Assembly: GCF_004010195.1 (NCBI RefSeq)
Contig: NC_057718.1
Span: 40,006,101-40,070,100, forward strand
Length of the DNA stretch: 64,000 nt
Direction of reading: 5' to 3'
Source: Chiloscyllium plagiosum
Taxonomy: Eukaryota
The notes under the pieces were generated by a model, which was not told where the DNA came from, ran no database searches, and saw nothing but the letters and a program-made list of their open reading frames with translations. Shown piece by piece: positions 1 to 13,789 of this stretch (positions are counted from its first letter, which is position 1; the number at the start of each line of letters is the position of its first letter). The position numbers and the translations under genes are program-made.

Positions 1-449
1 CCTAAACCAGTTCCTCCAAGTTAAGTTGTGATTTTCTAATTTTGTAAGTTTGCCTAGACACCCTCTGATGTCCAGCGATACATGAATTCAAACAGCAAAG
101 GCAGTAACTGCACAGGATCACTGCTGTGTCAGTTAGCAGTGTGGGTTTTTTTCTCTCTTTCCCTGACAGACCATGTGCTTGCTGCCTTTGTCTGTCTGTC
201 TCCCTTCTAAAAGTGCTGTTGTTCTGACTTTCTTTTCTCCAAAGTTCCAAAACAATTGCAACAGCATAAAGAACAGTAATTGCTGCTCCTGGAATTCAAG
301 GAAATCACCTCCAACACCTAAAATACCTCAAAAAAGGAGCAGCCTGTTCCAGCTAGAATTTTTCCCCGTCCTCTATCTTGGAATATACAATGGCATTTGG
401 GCACGGATTATGAAGCAGGTTTCACTTCAATCAAGCAACTGAAGGTGAC

Positions 450-1260
450 AATACCAGTGCTGAGGTAAGCACTATTAATGGTGAAGTCACCTTGCAGAAA
501 GATGCCAGTGACATAGGATTTCGTGATATCCTTATACAGCGAGGACAAACAGTTGTATTTGTATCTCAGGTATTAATGCAAATGCAACAATGCCTCACTC
601 AGATAGAGAAAGAGTGCCTTACTACTATCTTTGGTTGAAAACATTTTATTCAAAACCTGTCTGGGAGAGACAAAGTGACAGTGGACTCCAACTACAAAAT
701 ACTTCAAAACATCTTCCTCGAATAACTTCTATCTGCTCCAAGTCAATTGCTACAGATATTATTTCGTTTGCAGATATAATCTGGAAGTGATAACGAAGCA
801 AGGGGAACAAATATACATTGCACACAAGAACAGTATTCTCAATGAAGAAAATTAATAATGCTAAGACTGTGAACAAAATTGTCTAAATTCAACTTGAAAC
901 AACAACTCAACACATTCTGGAAGTCATCAACTCATCTGAGACTTTGTATCTGACAAGTATTCTGCTTAAATTAAGCAAACTATGCAACACATTGTAAATC
1001 TCTAAGTGCTGCAGGAAGTAGTGATGCAAGGATGACCTGAAAGCATCAAGGACACTCACGTTGCTATAACGGTGTATTGGGCAGACAGAGATGAAGTGAT
1101 AGCCCAAATTGACATCTTGCACAAAGGGAATAGAGTCACTATCCTGAAAGAGATGAGATAAAGGATTCTAAAATGTACCTATGCAAGGCATCGAGGAATT
1201 GAGGCTAGTCTGAGGAAGGGAAGAGACGTTTTCTATGGATCAAACAAGAACAATGTAAAT
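450..1260 (+). mobile_element. Gypsy/Ty3 pol relic (RNase H to integrase zinc finger)
   Basis: Manual translation VTLQKDASDIG..QRGQTVVFVSQVL..QIEKECL and HRGIEASLRKGRDVFY; disrupted frames. Confidence 0.8.
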
Positions 1261-1578
1261 TGTGATTTTGTGTGGTACATGCGTGTCCCATATGTAACTG
1301 CATGTCTGCGGTGTGCAGAAAGTGTCTGCCACACCGTCAGCTAAATTCTAGGTCAGATCAGATAAAGTCCCACTCTGCAAGCATCCTGATTCTACAGATA
1401 GGGAGAACTAGCACAGATTGAAAATTGCACCATGCACCTGTATAGCACATTTAGAAAACTTTTACATAACTATAACCTTGACAGGTTTACAACTATCCCT
1501 TTAACATCCACCATTTGACACCAACAACCCTTCCCTACATCTGTCAGTTTATGTCCTTGGACCCACATCGCAGATTCT

Positions 1579-1623
1579 TGATTAGATTAGATTACTTGAT
1601 TAGATTAGATTACTTACAGTGTG
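1579..1623 (-). mobile_element. Extremely 5'-truncated HE1/HER1 tail between 57-bp direct repeats
   Basis: Reverse complement CACACTGTA(AGTAATCTAATCTAATCA)x2; flanks 1522-1578 and 1624-1680 are identical. Confidence 0.85.
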
Positions 1624-1744
1624 CAACAACCCTTCCCTACATCTGTCAGTTTATGTCCTTGGACCCACATCGCAGATTCTGCCCCCAACCATTCAGAAAA
1701 ATACCTTGCCATGGACTGAGCATATTGCCATAGTTCAGCAATGT

Positions 1745-1910
1745 CTTCCTGCAGATTCTCATCCAGTGTGCCCAGGAAAAGTGGAAGGTAATCTTCCCTG
1801 GGAATGGGAGTAGGCGAGGCTCCCTCTTGATCAGGGTGACCTGGATGAAGATCACAGAGAAGGTGAGCAGGTATGCAGACCATGAATGATGTTTGGTCAG
1901 GGATGCAAGC
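1745..1910 (+). mobile_element. Myb/SANT-like relic, possibly a PIF/Harbinger accessory gene
   Basis: QILIQCAQEKWKVIFPGNGSRRGSLLIRVTWMKITEKVS resembles the MSANTD-type pattern (L...V.F....W..I...V); by eye only. Confidence 0.35.
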
Positions 1911-3360
1911 AGCCAAATGACCTCCTCAATCAGCCAGGGCATCACATCATTATGTTATAAAGATATCAAGGCAAGGGATTTTCTACTGGGAAAAGGTTGG
2001 GAATTGTGTGATCATCATCAGTACCACATTGCCAAAGAGGTCAGACTGGCTGAAAGAGGTAAGGCGTTTGGATACCGGTAAGAATGCAGTATGTGGTTTA
2101 GAAATGAATGAGGACAAGGTCTCTTGACATGCTGATTAAGTGCAATTTATCAAGCAGCTCAGGGAGACATTCATTGTTAGGGAGAGGACTATAACTGGAT
2201 GAAGAGAGAAAAAGGACAAAGTTGATACTGCTAACAGACAACTACAACTCTGGTACATCTAGACAATACAACATTATTTACCTTTTCCACATCCTCCACA
2301 AGCAAGTTACATGCTTGAGGGTTTCTGTATAGAATCAGAAACACATTCTGGTGATCACTTCCCAGCAGTTAAGGCAGGTTGTTTAAGCTGAGGTTACTGA
2401 CAGTGTGAAGACTGTTGGTGCTTAGGTGAAGACTGAACCTGAGGTGGTCAGATGCAGGCTGAACTTCAGAAGTGCAGAGACAAATGCAGGAACATCTGGG
2501 GGAGATACCAAAGACTAAGCAAAAGTTTGTGAAAACTATAGGAGTCTTTCCTTGCTACCATGCCTCTGGCACGTGAGCATATAGCTCCTCCATTGAGAGG
2601 TCAATGACAGCCATGGTACATACACTCCATATGTGTAAGGACCTGCAGTTTATCACTTCTGGTGTGTACTCAGTTCAACAGTCACATGGTCAGAGAGTAT
2701 CAAAACATCTGGCAATCACTCCAGGTGCCTCTTCTCTTCAATGATACAGGGAGGAGGATTGCCAGCCAGTTACCCCAGGGGTATATTCTCTGGACCCTCT
2801 CAGGATGTGAGGCATCTCCTCATCCCCTCTGCCAGTGACCCCAGAGTTTACTGAGAGGGAAGACGGAGGAAGGTGCCTGTGTAAAGGTTTCCCAGAAGGA
2901 CAGGAGCTTCAAGGCTTTGGAATACTGATGAACATGTGTTAAGGCCATCACAGGCAATGGCACATTGCTCTTAGCAACCTGCCTCCTTATCAACTGCTTT
3001 TGTTGGTGATGCATGAGGCGTGACGATTATAAATGTATTGAGGGCAGAATTCCTTTGCTTTTCCTTGACCGTCCCTCAGAGATCATTGACCTGCCTGTAC
3101 CCTGCAACTAGATCTCCCCTGTTTCAAGCTTGATGTCTCTTTCTGTCTGCTGACTTTCTACATGTGGTGTAGCAACCTTCTAGGGATACGCAACATGAGA
3201 CCACTTCAACAACTGACACCATTCGATACACTGGAGCCTGGCTCCTTTTAGGTATTTCAATCCCCCCACCGTCGCAAGACTTGTCAGTGCCTTGTTGTGC
3301 TGCCAATTAAGGGCTCAACCATCACACGTTCCATCCGTTTCCCCCATCATCTTCCACTAA

Positions 3361-4102
3361 GCCAATCACCATCATCAATAAGAGACACTCTTAACTACCG
3401 CCCCTTGACATTCAGTGGTATTACCATCACTGAAGCCCCCACTGTCAACATCTTTGGGGTTACCATAGACAAGAAACTCAACTGGACTCACCACATAAAC
3501 ACAGTGGCTACAAGAGCAGGTCAGAAACTAGGGATACTGTGGCGAGTAACTCACCTCCTGACACTCCAAAGTCTATCCACCATCTACAAGGCACAAGTCG
3601 AGGGTGTGTTGGAATAGTCCCCACTTGCCTGGATGGGTGCAGCTCCAACAACACTCAAGAAGCTTGACACTATCCAGGACAAAGTAACCCGCTTGATTGG
3701 CACCCCATCTACAAACATTCAATCCCTCCACCACTGGTTCTCAGTAGCAGCAGTGTGTACTATCTACGAGATGCACTGCAGAAATTCACCAAAGATCCTT
3801 AGAGAGCACCTTCCAAACACATGATCACTTACACCTAGAAGAACAAGGGTAGCAGGTACTTGGGAACACCACCACCTGCAAGTTCCCCTCCAAGCCACTC
3901 ACCAACCTGACTTGGAAATATACCACCGTTCCTTCACAAAATCCTGGAATTCCCTCCCTACTGGCATTGTGGGTCATTCCACAGCAAGTGGACTGCAGTG
4001 ATTCAAGAAGGGAGCTCACCACCATCTTCTCAAGGGCAAGTAGGGACGGGCTATCAATGCTGGCTGGCCAGTGATGCCCAAGTCCCACAAATGAATAAAG
4101 AA
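3361..4102 (+). mobile_element. CR1-clade LINE 3' fragment
   Basis: ORFs 3297-3617 and 3633-3824 give the RT C-terminus (IFGVTIDKKLNWTHHIN, TIYKAQV, LDTIQDK); 3' end ...gatgcccaagtccc..aatgaataaa. Confidence 0.85.
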
Positions 4103-6867
4103 AAGAGCACTTCATGATGAGAAACTCCTTTTATCCTCACATTTTTCATCACAGTGAAAAAGATACAATTTTAAAAATGTCTGATCGCACAATAGTGTTT
4201 TGTACAAATCCAACATTCATGCCATATTAAATTCAATTCTCCTTTATATTAAAGCCAGGACCCTATATTCCTTTATTATGGCCTTTGAATATCTACATTC
4301 TGTTGGATTCACTCTCATTCATAATTTGTCACCAAATGTGTTTGTTTATATTTCTCTGAATTGAGTGCATCTTTAATGTACATGACCACTCTGCCGCCCT
4401 GTTAATATGTTCCTACAATTGCAGCTATTCTCTCCTCACTGCTTGCCTTACCTTCTAATTTGGAAAAAAGTCAATTAACTTTCATATTATTCCCCAGTAT
4501 ATTTCTTCAAATCAATTATATAAATGAAAACAAAACAAAAGAGGTTGTGTCACAGATCCTAAAGGCGCATTGTTATCCAGATCCTGTCAATCTGAAAAGA
4601 AGCCAATTAGTCCTTATTATTTGCTTTCTACCTGCCAGTCATGTAGCTAAATTTGTTTTAATACAGTGCACTTTAATTTTTTAGTAACAATTCTTTTCTG
4701 TCGTAGTTTTAAGATACTTTCTGTAAATCCATACAAACATGATTCACCACATTCACTATGTCTCTACACTATAATTTCCTCCAAAAATCATTGAAATTAG
4801 TTACAGATGACATGTCCTTTATGTAAAATAAACACATGCTAATTTTCTGACATTCATCCACTACCCCCTTTGGAGCAGACCTACAATAGCTCCTTCTTCA
4901 TGTAATTTGAATGCAATTAATAGTATTGTAGTTAAAAGGAAATCATGAAAATAGAATTTCTGAAATTAGACGTTCAAAATGTGGGAAACTTACCTTCAAC
5001 AAGTCCACAAAGGAACACTGGCTATCCCCATGTGGAACTATCATAAATGGTAAAAAGAGGAGATAAATCATAGAATTATACAGCACACAAAGAGGTTATT
5101 TGAAACTCGGTGGTATGCCTGCTCTTTTGAAAGGCTTGAATTTCATTCCCAGTTCTTTCCACATATCCCCACAATTTTGTTTTTCATCAAGTATTTATTT
5201 AATGTTCTTTTGAAAATGCCTGTAAAATTAGTGATCACCTGATATCCTATCAGAAATTTTCCAAATCTTCCAATCTAGTAGTTGTGCTATGACTTGTAGT
5301 ACATATTTTAAAAATCCTTTATTCAACTCTATCTTTTGCCCATCACCTTAAATTTCTGCCCTTGTGTTTATTAACCCTTCAGGCATTGGATATCATTTCT
5401 CTTGATTTACTCTAACTAAACCTTTAGTAATTTGAACCTTTTTATGAAGTCTTCCTCTAGACTTCTTTGCTCTCTAATGGACAAACTCAATTTCTCCAAT
5501 TTATATGATTCTCTGTTGTCCTTCATCCCTGTAACAATTTGAATCAACTTGTCAATCCTCATCCTTGAATAATTCTTGTAAAGGTGGAAGAAAGAGAAAA
5601 AAGTCACATGGCTTATTGATATAGAATCTGAAAAAAGAGAATGGATTGCCTGAGTGACACTCTAAGTTAGTAATTGAGGGATGCTGTGCCTGTTCTCTTA
5701 CTTTCAATAACATTCTCTTACATTCCAAATATTGTCCTTAACAGTCTTTTAAAGCTTTCTTTTCAAACACAGGAATCCAGAATTTAGATTATTATAAATT
5801 ATGTTTGTAATATTTGTGATGTTTGTCCTTAGCAGGTTACTACTAATTTACTGAAAATGGAACAAGACCTTTTTAACAGGATTAACAAACCAGAAAAGAG
5901 TTTAATATATTGCCAAGTCTAATCATAGAAAAATAATTTTGCATCCTTAGGCATCGAGAAAATGTTCAAAAGACCGGTTGAACACTTGCAGTGTTATTCA
6001 TGAACAAAATTACTGTGAGGATGAGTCTCTATTTTCTCTTTTCAAATGCAAAGGAACTTGTAGCATTGATATTCTTTCATGGGATACGAACAATGCTGGC
6101 AAAGTCAGCATTTATCGACCCTCTTTAGCTGCCTGCACCGTCCTCTGGAACTGCTGCAATTGATGTGGGAGAACGATTCAAGTATATCGGAAAAATTTGC
6201 AGCATTATAAGGAAATGGCAGGGGAACGGAATGTTCGTACAGAGAGTTGTATGGATACCACATGCTGAATGGTCTCCTTCTGTATTGTAACCATTTTATG
6301 GTTCTAAATATGTTCTCTTATTTTATTTCGGATTTTCAACATTTGCCACATTTTTAAAATCTGCAAAACATTGAAATGCTCCATCAGACTCAATTGAAGA
6401 AAACAATGTAACCAAATACATCTGCGCAATCAAAACAAGCTCAACTTCAGACCTTCTAAACATCGCTAAGATCATTTTGTAGTTATTATTCCAGAATGAA
6501 TGTTTGGAACTTTAATATGTCTGTCCAGATTGCAGATGCTGGGAAGCTTGTGTGATTTGGCATGAAGATGAAGGAGGGAATTCCCTGGAAAAAGCTGGAA
6601 AGCCTGTTGGCAGGAAAGTAAGCAGCTGATTGGAATTTTAACCTTTTGGGCCTCTCAAAAATGTGGCACTATTGCCACTAGGTTTTCAGCTGATAGACGG
6701 CCTCAGTGGTGGCCATTTAGTTCTGTCCATTGCTTACAGGATGCTGCTTCAATGACTGATCCTGTGAAATGCATCTAAAAATACAGAGCCTATTTCCACT
6801 TGATGTCACCCAGGTCTATCACAGCATAACCTCAATCACCCCCTTTATATTCTCTAATTCATTACAT

Positions 6868-7156
6868 TGATTAGATTACCTACAGTATGGAAACAGGCCC
6901 TCCAGCCCAACAAGTCTACACTGACCCTCTGAAGACCCATTCCCCTACCCTAGCCCTGATTAGTGCACCTAACAGTAAGGGCAATTTAGCATGGCCAATT
7001 CACCTGACCTGCACATTTTTGGACTATGGGAGGAAATCCACGCAGACACGGGAGATTGTACAAATTTCACACAGACAGTCGTGCGAGGTGAGAATCAAAT
7101 CCGGGTCCCTGGCGCTGTGAGGCAGCAGTACTAGCCACTGAGCCACCATGCCACCC
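6868..7156 (-). mobile_element. HE1-type SINE
   Basis: tRNA-derived head, ggccatgctaaattg core and taatc tail on the minus strand. Confidence 0.9.
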
Positions 7157-7491
7157 TCTGCTTGCTTGGCTTCAAGTGATGGATGAACAGAAATTCCATT
7201 AAACTGAATTTTCGGAAGACCAAAGCTATACTGTTTAATGCCTGTGCAAACTCTGTTCCATAGCTATCTATTCCCCTCTCCAGCAACTGCCTGAGCCTGA
7301 ATTAGACTATGTGCAACTTTGCTTGAGATACGTTTCCAACCAGGTAACTTGATAAGGTGGCCTGACTCCACCACGCCTGACATCACCTGCTGGTAACACA
7401 TGCATCCACAGCTTAGCTACCTTGTCACTGGACTATTCCAAGATGCTCATGGCTGGCCTCCCATGTTTTACCCTCCCTGATGTTATAGCCA

Positions 7492-7945
7492 AAGTCTAAG
7501 AGTGTGCTGTTGGAAAAACAGAGCCGGTCAGGCAGCATCCGAGGAGCAGGAGAATCAACGTTTCGACCAAGTGGGCTGAGAGACGAATTGGATGGGAGTG
7601 GGACTGGGGGAAAGGTAGCTGGGAAGGTAGATGAAGGTGGGGGGGGGGGGGGGGGGGTGATGCGGATCGGTCGGAGAGGAGGGTGGAGCAGATAGGTGGG
7701 AAGGAAGATGGACAGGTCATGAGGGTGGTGTTGAGCTGGAAGGTTGGGATAAGGTAGGAGGAGGGGAAATTAGAAATTTCAACCTTCCAACCTTCCCAGA
7801 TCCAACCTTGCAACTCGGTACTGCCCTCTTGAACTGTCCTACCTGTCCATCTTCCTTCCCAACTATCCGCTCCACCGTCTTCTCCAATCGGATGCTGCCT
7901 GACCTGCTGTGCTTTTCAGCTTCTCAGTCCTCACTTTCTCCTAAT
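7492..7945. mobile_element. PLE terminal fragment with inversion, inside an L2 relic
   Basis: Two oppositely oriented pieces of the same sequence; 14-bp TSD tgaYgttatagcca (7478-7491 / 7946-7959). Confidence 0.75.
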
Positions 7946-8579
7946 TGACGTTATAGCCATTCAAAACTCAATTATAAGTTTCTAACTCACATTAAAGCCA
8001 TCTTGCCTTAACTTACTGACTTATATTGGGTCCTGATTAAGGAACACTTTGATTTCAAAATCTTAAGCTTGTTTTCAAATCCCACTAAGCCCCCTCTTCT
8101 CCTCCTTCCTCTGCAACTTCCTCAATCCTAAACCTTTTCTGTGCTATTGTATTTGATAACGCTCCTGTGAAGTAGCACTGGCTATTTTGTTGCATCAAAT
8201 GTGTTGCAAAAATTGTTGTGGTTTGACCATGCAGTCTAGGTAGGTGATAGGTTAAAGATTTTTCTCTTTTTAATGTACTTACTTCATGGTACATTAAACG
8301 TAAGTTGTCTTGATATGTGCGACTGCCTCTTCAAGATGTACTGGTGAAATGGCTTTATTGATCTCTGTTTTGATCTTTTAACAGATCTTATTTCTGCGAA
8401 AGGGAAGCAGTGGCTTTATGGTAAGTCATTGATCGATGTTCTAGAGACATTGGTCTAAATCCTACTAAACAGATGGTGGAATTTGAATTCAATCAATAAA
8501 TCTGGAATTAAAAACAAGTCTAATGTTAACCATGAAACCATTGTGGATGGTTATAAAACCCATCTGATTCACCAATTCC

Positions 8580-9450
8580 CTCGAGTGTCTGCCTTGTATT
8601 CTTAGACTGTGTTCCCTGGTTCTGGATTTCCAAACCAGGGTCAACACCCTTTTTGCATCTAGTCTGTCAAGCTCGATCATAATTTTACATGTTTCAATCA
8701 TATGCCCCCTCATCCTTCTTAATTTGAGTGAATGCAGACTCGATCTTTCCTCATCGGAAAATTCTGCTATCAGCCAGGTGCATTCCTCTCTGACAAGTAT
8801 ATTCTCTCTTAGGCAGTGAAACTGTATACAATATTTCAGATGCAGTCTCACCAAAGCCCGGTATAACTACAGTAAGTCATCCCCACTACTGAACTCAAAT
8901 CCTCTTTGTCTTTGCACTTGCCTGTTTACTTTCATTGACTGATGTACCCAGATTCCTTTGTACATCCTCATTTCCCAATATATCACCATTTCAAACAATG
9001 CTTTTCCTTCCTTTATTTTCAAACCGAAGTGTACCTTCACAGTTAGCCGCGCTAGACTGAATCTACCATGCATTTGCCCACTCTCTCAACTTGTCTAAAT
9101 TACTTTGACGTCTTCTTGCATCCTTCCCATAACTCACAATCATGCCCAGTTTTGCATCATCAACAGCTCAGCAATTATGCATTTGCTTCCTTCATTGCGA
9201 AATAGCTAGGGTTTAAACATTGATCCTTACAATACCCCACTCATCACTGTCTACCACTTGGAAGAAGACCCATTTATTATCCATTCTCTGATTCCTCTCT
9301 GTCAAGCAATTCTCTGTCCAAGCCAACATATTACCCAATATCCTATGTGCTTTAACTTTGCCAACTAACCTCTTATGAGGTACTTTATATCAAAAGCCTT
9401 CTAGAAATCTAAATACGCCAAACCCCTGATTCTCCCTTATCTATTCTTTT
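8580..9450 (-). mobile_element. Old CR1 LINE fragment
   Basis: ORF 8489-8854 (LKYCIQF, RRMRGHMIETCKIM, SRTREHSLRI). Confidence 0.8.
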
Positions 9451-9457
9451 AGTCATG

Positions 9458-9886
9458 ATCTGGAAGTGCCGGTGTTGGACTGGGGTGGACAAAGTTAAAA
9501 ATCACTGAACACCAGGTTATAGTCCGACAGGTTTATTTGGAAGTACAAACTTTCGGTAGCTGTGGACAGGATTATAAGACACAGAATTTATAGTAAAAGA
9601 TTACAGAGTCATTGCAACTGAAACGATATATTGAACAAATCTAGACTGCTGTTAAGTCTTTCATATTTTAGAATGGGTTGCAGGTTTCGGTTCATTAATA
9701 TGTAAACCCCAGAACTTCATTTAAATCACATTCTCAAGATAACTTAAGGTTTCTAAAAAAAAATTGTCTGAGCTGTGATGTCACCTTTTTTTAGAAAACC
9801 TTAAGTCATTTTGAGCATGTGACTTAAAAGAAGTTCTGGAATTTACATATTAATGAAGCAAAACATGCATTCCCATTCTAAAAGAT
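9458..9886. mobile_element. PLE terminal fragment with long inverted repeat
   Basis: Same family as 47849-48090; arms about 9667-9762 and 9786-9883 are inverted. Confidence 0.7.
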
Positions 9887-10140
9887 GGGGAAGGATATAA
9901 AAGGGACCTAAGGGGCAATGTTTGTACGCAGGGGGGTGTGAAATGAACTGCCAGAGAAAGGGGTGGAGGCTGGCACAATGACAGCATTTAAAAGGCAGAT
10001 GGGTATACGAATAGAAAGGGTTTAGAGGGAAATGGGTCAAATGCTGGCAAATGGGACTAGATTCATTTAAGATATCAGGTCGGCATGGACGAGTTGGACC
10101 AAAGTGGTCTGTTTATGTGCTGTACATCTCTATGACTCTA
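9887..10140 (+). mobile_element. CR1 3' end
   Basis: Similar to other CR1 3' ends here; ctctatgactcta tail. Confidence 0.85.
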
Positions 10141-10675
10141 AATGCGCAACATAAATGCAAGCATTTCTTATATACTTCGCCCGGCATCAAAGTGGTTGCC
10201 AAGGCTGCAAACAGAAATGATCAAAATAGTTAGGGTCAATTTGACTGTCTATAGCTTAAAACTTAGTCCATTATATTTATAATTGTTCCTGACCCTTGTG
10301 CTGTTAAAATGTGATATTTGTCTGATCTAAAGTTACTGTTTACCAAACTTGCCATTCTGATTTGTCCTGGCGAAGTCTGTACTAAACTGCCAGAGTACAT
10401 TGAAGCTTAACTTGAGTGATCACCCTATTATTGGAAGGAATATTTCACAGGGTCATCTCTGGCTAATTGCGAATGCTAATTATCTTTCTCTTTTGTCTCT
10501 GGCTGGATCAAAGGAAAGGGAAACATAACTCACTGGGTCCCTTTAAATGCTAGAGGGAAGCTGTTTTTGGTGAAAGGTTTTCATTGGGCCATATCCCAAC
10601 TTACTACAGGATTTCAATTCTTTTAGATGAATTTTATAAAACTTGTGAGAAATCTAAAAATATTCTGTTACTGTA

Positions 10676-10801
10676 CTGATGAAGAGCTTATGTCCAAAAC
10701 GTCGACTTTCCTGCTCCTCGGATGCTGCCTGACCTGTTGTGCTTTTCCAGCACCACAGTTTTCAATTCTGATCTCCAACATTGCAGTGCTCACTTTCTCC
10801 T
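10676..10801 (+). mobile_element. Short PLE-terminal insertion starting at a degenerate hammerhead
   Basis: Similar to 16079-16208; tgtact repeated at both ends. Confidence 0.75.
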
Positions 10802-11237
10802 TGTACTTACATTGTCAACTGATTTATTTAACTTCTTCTGTCCTCCTTTTGTGAAGGAATTCACTTGTAATGAGCAGTCACAACTGATAAAGAGGATAGT
10901 TCTCCTATGATTTTGGGATTAAGAATACAAAACATGGTTCATCTGCTTGACAAAGGCAAAAACTTGGCAAGACATGCTTCTGTGATCATGAACACTAACT
11001 TCCTACAGAACATCCTGTGGCATATTGGTTGCATTTTTTAACACAAAGACAATTTTCTGAAAAGAAGCAACTCACTTTTAGAAATCACAGATGCAAAATC
11101 TCACTCAGGTGCTTCTGAAAGCAAAATTCCATAAATAATTAGTGTAAGCTAGTACAATCTCACATTGGACCACTTTATTTTCCAACGATTCTTCTAAAAC
11201 ACTTGTCAACTGAATCTGGGAAACAGGTTCTAATCTT

Positions 11238-12420
11238 TTTCTTCTTAGACAGTCCCTTGTGTTTGAGAATGACTAGAATCACATTAAAATGTGTTTATAA
11301 GTGATTGAAGAGTCCTATGCATGACATACTGTTTCTCTCAAAGGTTGGGCAGACAATGGTTTGGGAAATGGGAGGGTGACATGCCAGAGTTGAAAAGTGC
11401 TCCTTACTTTGTTAATGCTTGACTTTAGCTTCCTGATGAGACTTGAGCACTAACCGATCCCTCCCGGATGCTGTTCCTCCACTTCGAGTGGCCTTGACCC
11501 AGGGCTTTCCAGGACTCAACAGAGATGTTCCATCTTCTCAAGGAGGTTTTAAGATGACCTTCAAAGTATTTCCTTTGCCCAGCTTGCTGTATGAAAGCTA
11601 TGGTTAGAGTGTTAGTCTTGTGTCAGACATGTGGAGGATATGGTCCACGCAGAGGAGCTGGTTGTGAGTGATCAATACCTTGATGCTGGAGATGTTGGCC
11701 TGAATGAGAACAATAGCATTGGATTTGTGAGAGCTCTGGGAAGCAGCACTGGTGGTACTTCTCCAGGATTTTCAGCTGCCTGCTGTGCATGCTCTGAGGT
11801 TTTCAAACACTTAGTGGGCGGCACAGTGGCACAGCAGTTAGCACTGCTGCCTCACAGCGCCTGAGACCCGGGTTCAATTCCTGCGTCCGGTGACTGACTG
11901 TGTGGAGTTTGCACGTTCTCCCCGTGTCTGCGTGGATTTCCTCCGGGTGCTCCTGTTTCCTCCCACAGTCCAAAGATGTGCAGGTCAGGTGAATTGGCCA
12001 TGCTAAATTGCCTGTAGTGTTAGGTAAGGGGTAAATGTAGGGGTATGCGTGGGTTGCACTTCGGCGGGTTGGTGTGGACCTGTTGGGCCGAAGGGCCTGT
12101 TTCCACACTGTAAGTAATCTAATCTAATCACTTTCTTCCTTAGGTGAGTGAAGATTGCTATGGCACATTGAAGGTGGTTTTGAACTTCATCATTGATGTC
12201 TGCCCTTGTTGGCAGTAAGTTTCCATGGTATGAAAAGTTGTCCAAATCCTCATCATGAATTTTGAAGGGGGCAGGTTGGCACAGAATCTTACCCTTACGA
12301 ATGTTTAGTGTAAGGCCCTTACTTTCATACACCTTGAGCTCCCATCGCCTCCAGGTTAGTTCCAATGTCATCTTATCCTCTCTCGTTGAACCACAGTATG
12401 CAGACACACACTCTGAGTTC
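11238..12420 (-). mobile_element. RTE-clade LINE 3' fragment interrupted by an HE1 SINE
   Basis: DNFSYHGNLL..INDEVQNHLQCAIAIFTHLRKKV; (gaa)-type 3' tail. Confidence 0.7.
11814..12129 (+). mobile_element. HE1-type SINE, full length
   Basis: A/B boxes (tggcacagcag, ggttcaattcc), conserved core, gtaatctaatctaatc tail. Confidence 0.92.
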
Positions 12421-13789
12421 ACACTCCAAGCTATTATCAACACCTTCTAATTTGAAAATACCTTCTGCACCTTTTTGCATCCTGCTGGCTCAAGAAATGT
12501 TGACTAGATGAAAGATGTTAACTAACACAAAAGATGTTGACTAGTACATGCTTATTGCTCATTCACTTTTTTAAATATTGGAATCACACTGGATATTTAG
12601 ATTTGTTGGATTCACTCCAGCATCTCTCATGTTAAAGATACTGAACTGTGATTGTATATCCCCCCCAGTTAGGATAGAAATATCTTGTTAAACTCTGCTC
12701 AAGGAACTGTTGTTTAAATGTTGATGAATGTCTTAAATATCTATATGAATTAGAAAGAAGATTATACTTACTTTTCCCAGAAATATCAATATTGCGATAG
12801 ACTTTTCATTTTATGTGAATTGTATATTCAGTTCTTTCATACACTTTGATATAGTGTCTAATATAGCCTTCTGTGTCCAAACTCAAGAGCCAATCTCCAA
12901 ACATGCTTCAGTGAGGAAGTGAAATATTGAGAAGGGATGCCTGGACTCTTATGATATCTGGACTGTTAAAATCTGCTACAAATGCTCTCAGAAGGATACT
13001 AAATTTCTTGGCTGGTTCCTTTCCGTCATGAAGAGTTAGATCAGTTCTTCAGACCCATGCAAGCATCTGGAAGGTCTTTCTCAAACCTAAATGGGAGAGA
13101 TTATCAAAGAGATGTTCCTAATCTGAAAGGCTCCATGAAAAGGGCTAAGATGATAAATACTTCATTTCCTCTTTCGCAAACACTGAAATGACTCATTTCA
13201 GCCTGAATTCAAGCTCTGTCAACATATATTTTTTCTGACAGTTGCAGAGAAATTAGATATTAAAACTCAAAAGGTTTTACTGTTGACCTAGTCTATGCTG
13301 TCTTCTAGAACCTTTGAATGGATTGTAAAATATTTTACTAGGTCAGTCAAGAACTAGCTTGAAAATTAGTTTCTGCATTGTGCTTGAGTAGAAATTATCA
13401 GGAGAAAATTAAAGTGATAAGAATGGGCAATTTTAGCGATTCTTAGTATGTTACAAACAACACAACTCTGAAAAAGATAAAATATATGCAGTTTGTCATA
13501 ATTGCTTTTATGTTGCACTGTGTAGTAAATGGAGTTTTCAATCATTATGAATCTAATTTACTATCAAACAAATGATGAAATATATGTTTGCCTGACCTTT
13601 ACTCTAATTACAATATCCAGCCTTTAATAGAAAATCACAATTATTTTGACTGATTATTGGTGTTACCAGCTCTTCCTACTCCACAGTCACCTCTCAGTAC
13701 ACCTCTAAGATCCAACTTCTGGATGGCTTCCTTCCCTCATCTACAAGCAGGTCCTTGGCAAAACCATCTACAGAAATGGGATCAGCATC

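Noticed and set aside
5733..5745. U12 branch-site-like TCCTTAAC
   Set aside because: No matching U12 donor or exon found
7638..7657. Poly-G run as a G-quadruplex element
   Set aside because: Lies in a G-rich PLE terminal region; simple expansion or sequencing artefact
11814..11890. tRNA-like sequences
   Set aside because: SINE heads with no complete cloverleaf; not tRNA genes
10850..13200. Coding-looking stretches (about 10870-11130 and 13030-13190), plus a 30-nt AG..GT segment near 15845 outside this range
   Set aside because: No recognisable protein, in-frame stops, and no consistent exon chain; BLASTX or RNA-seq would be needed
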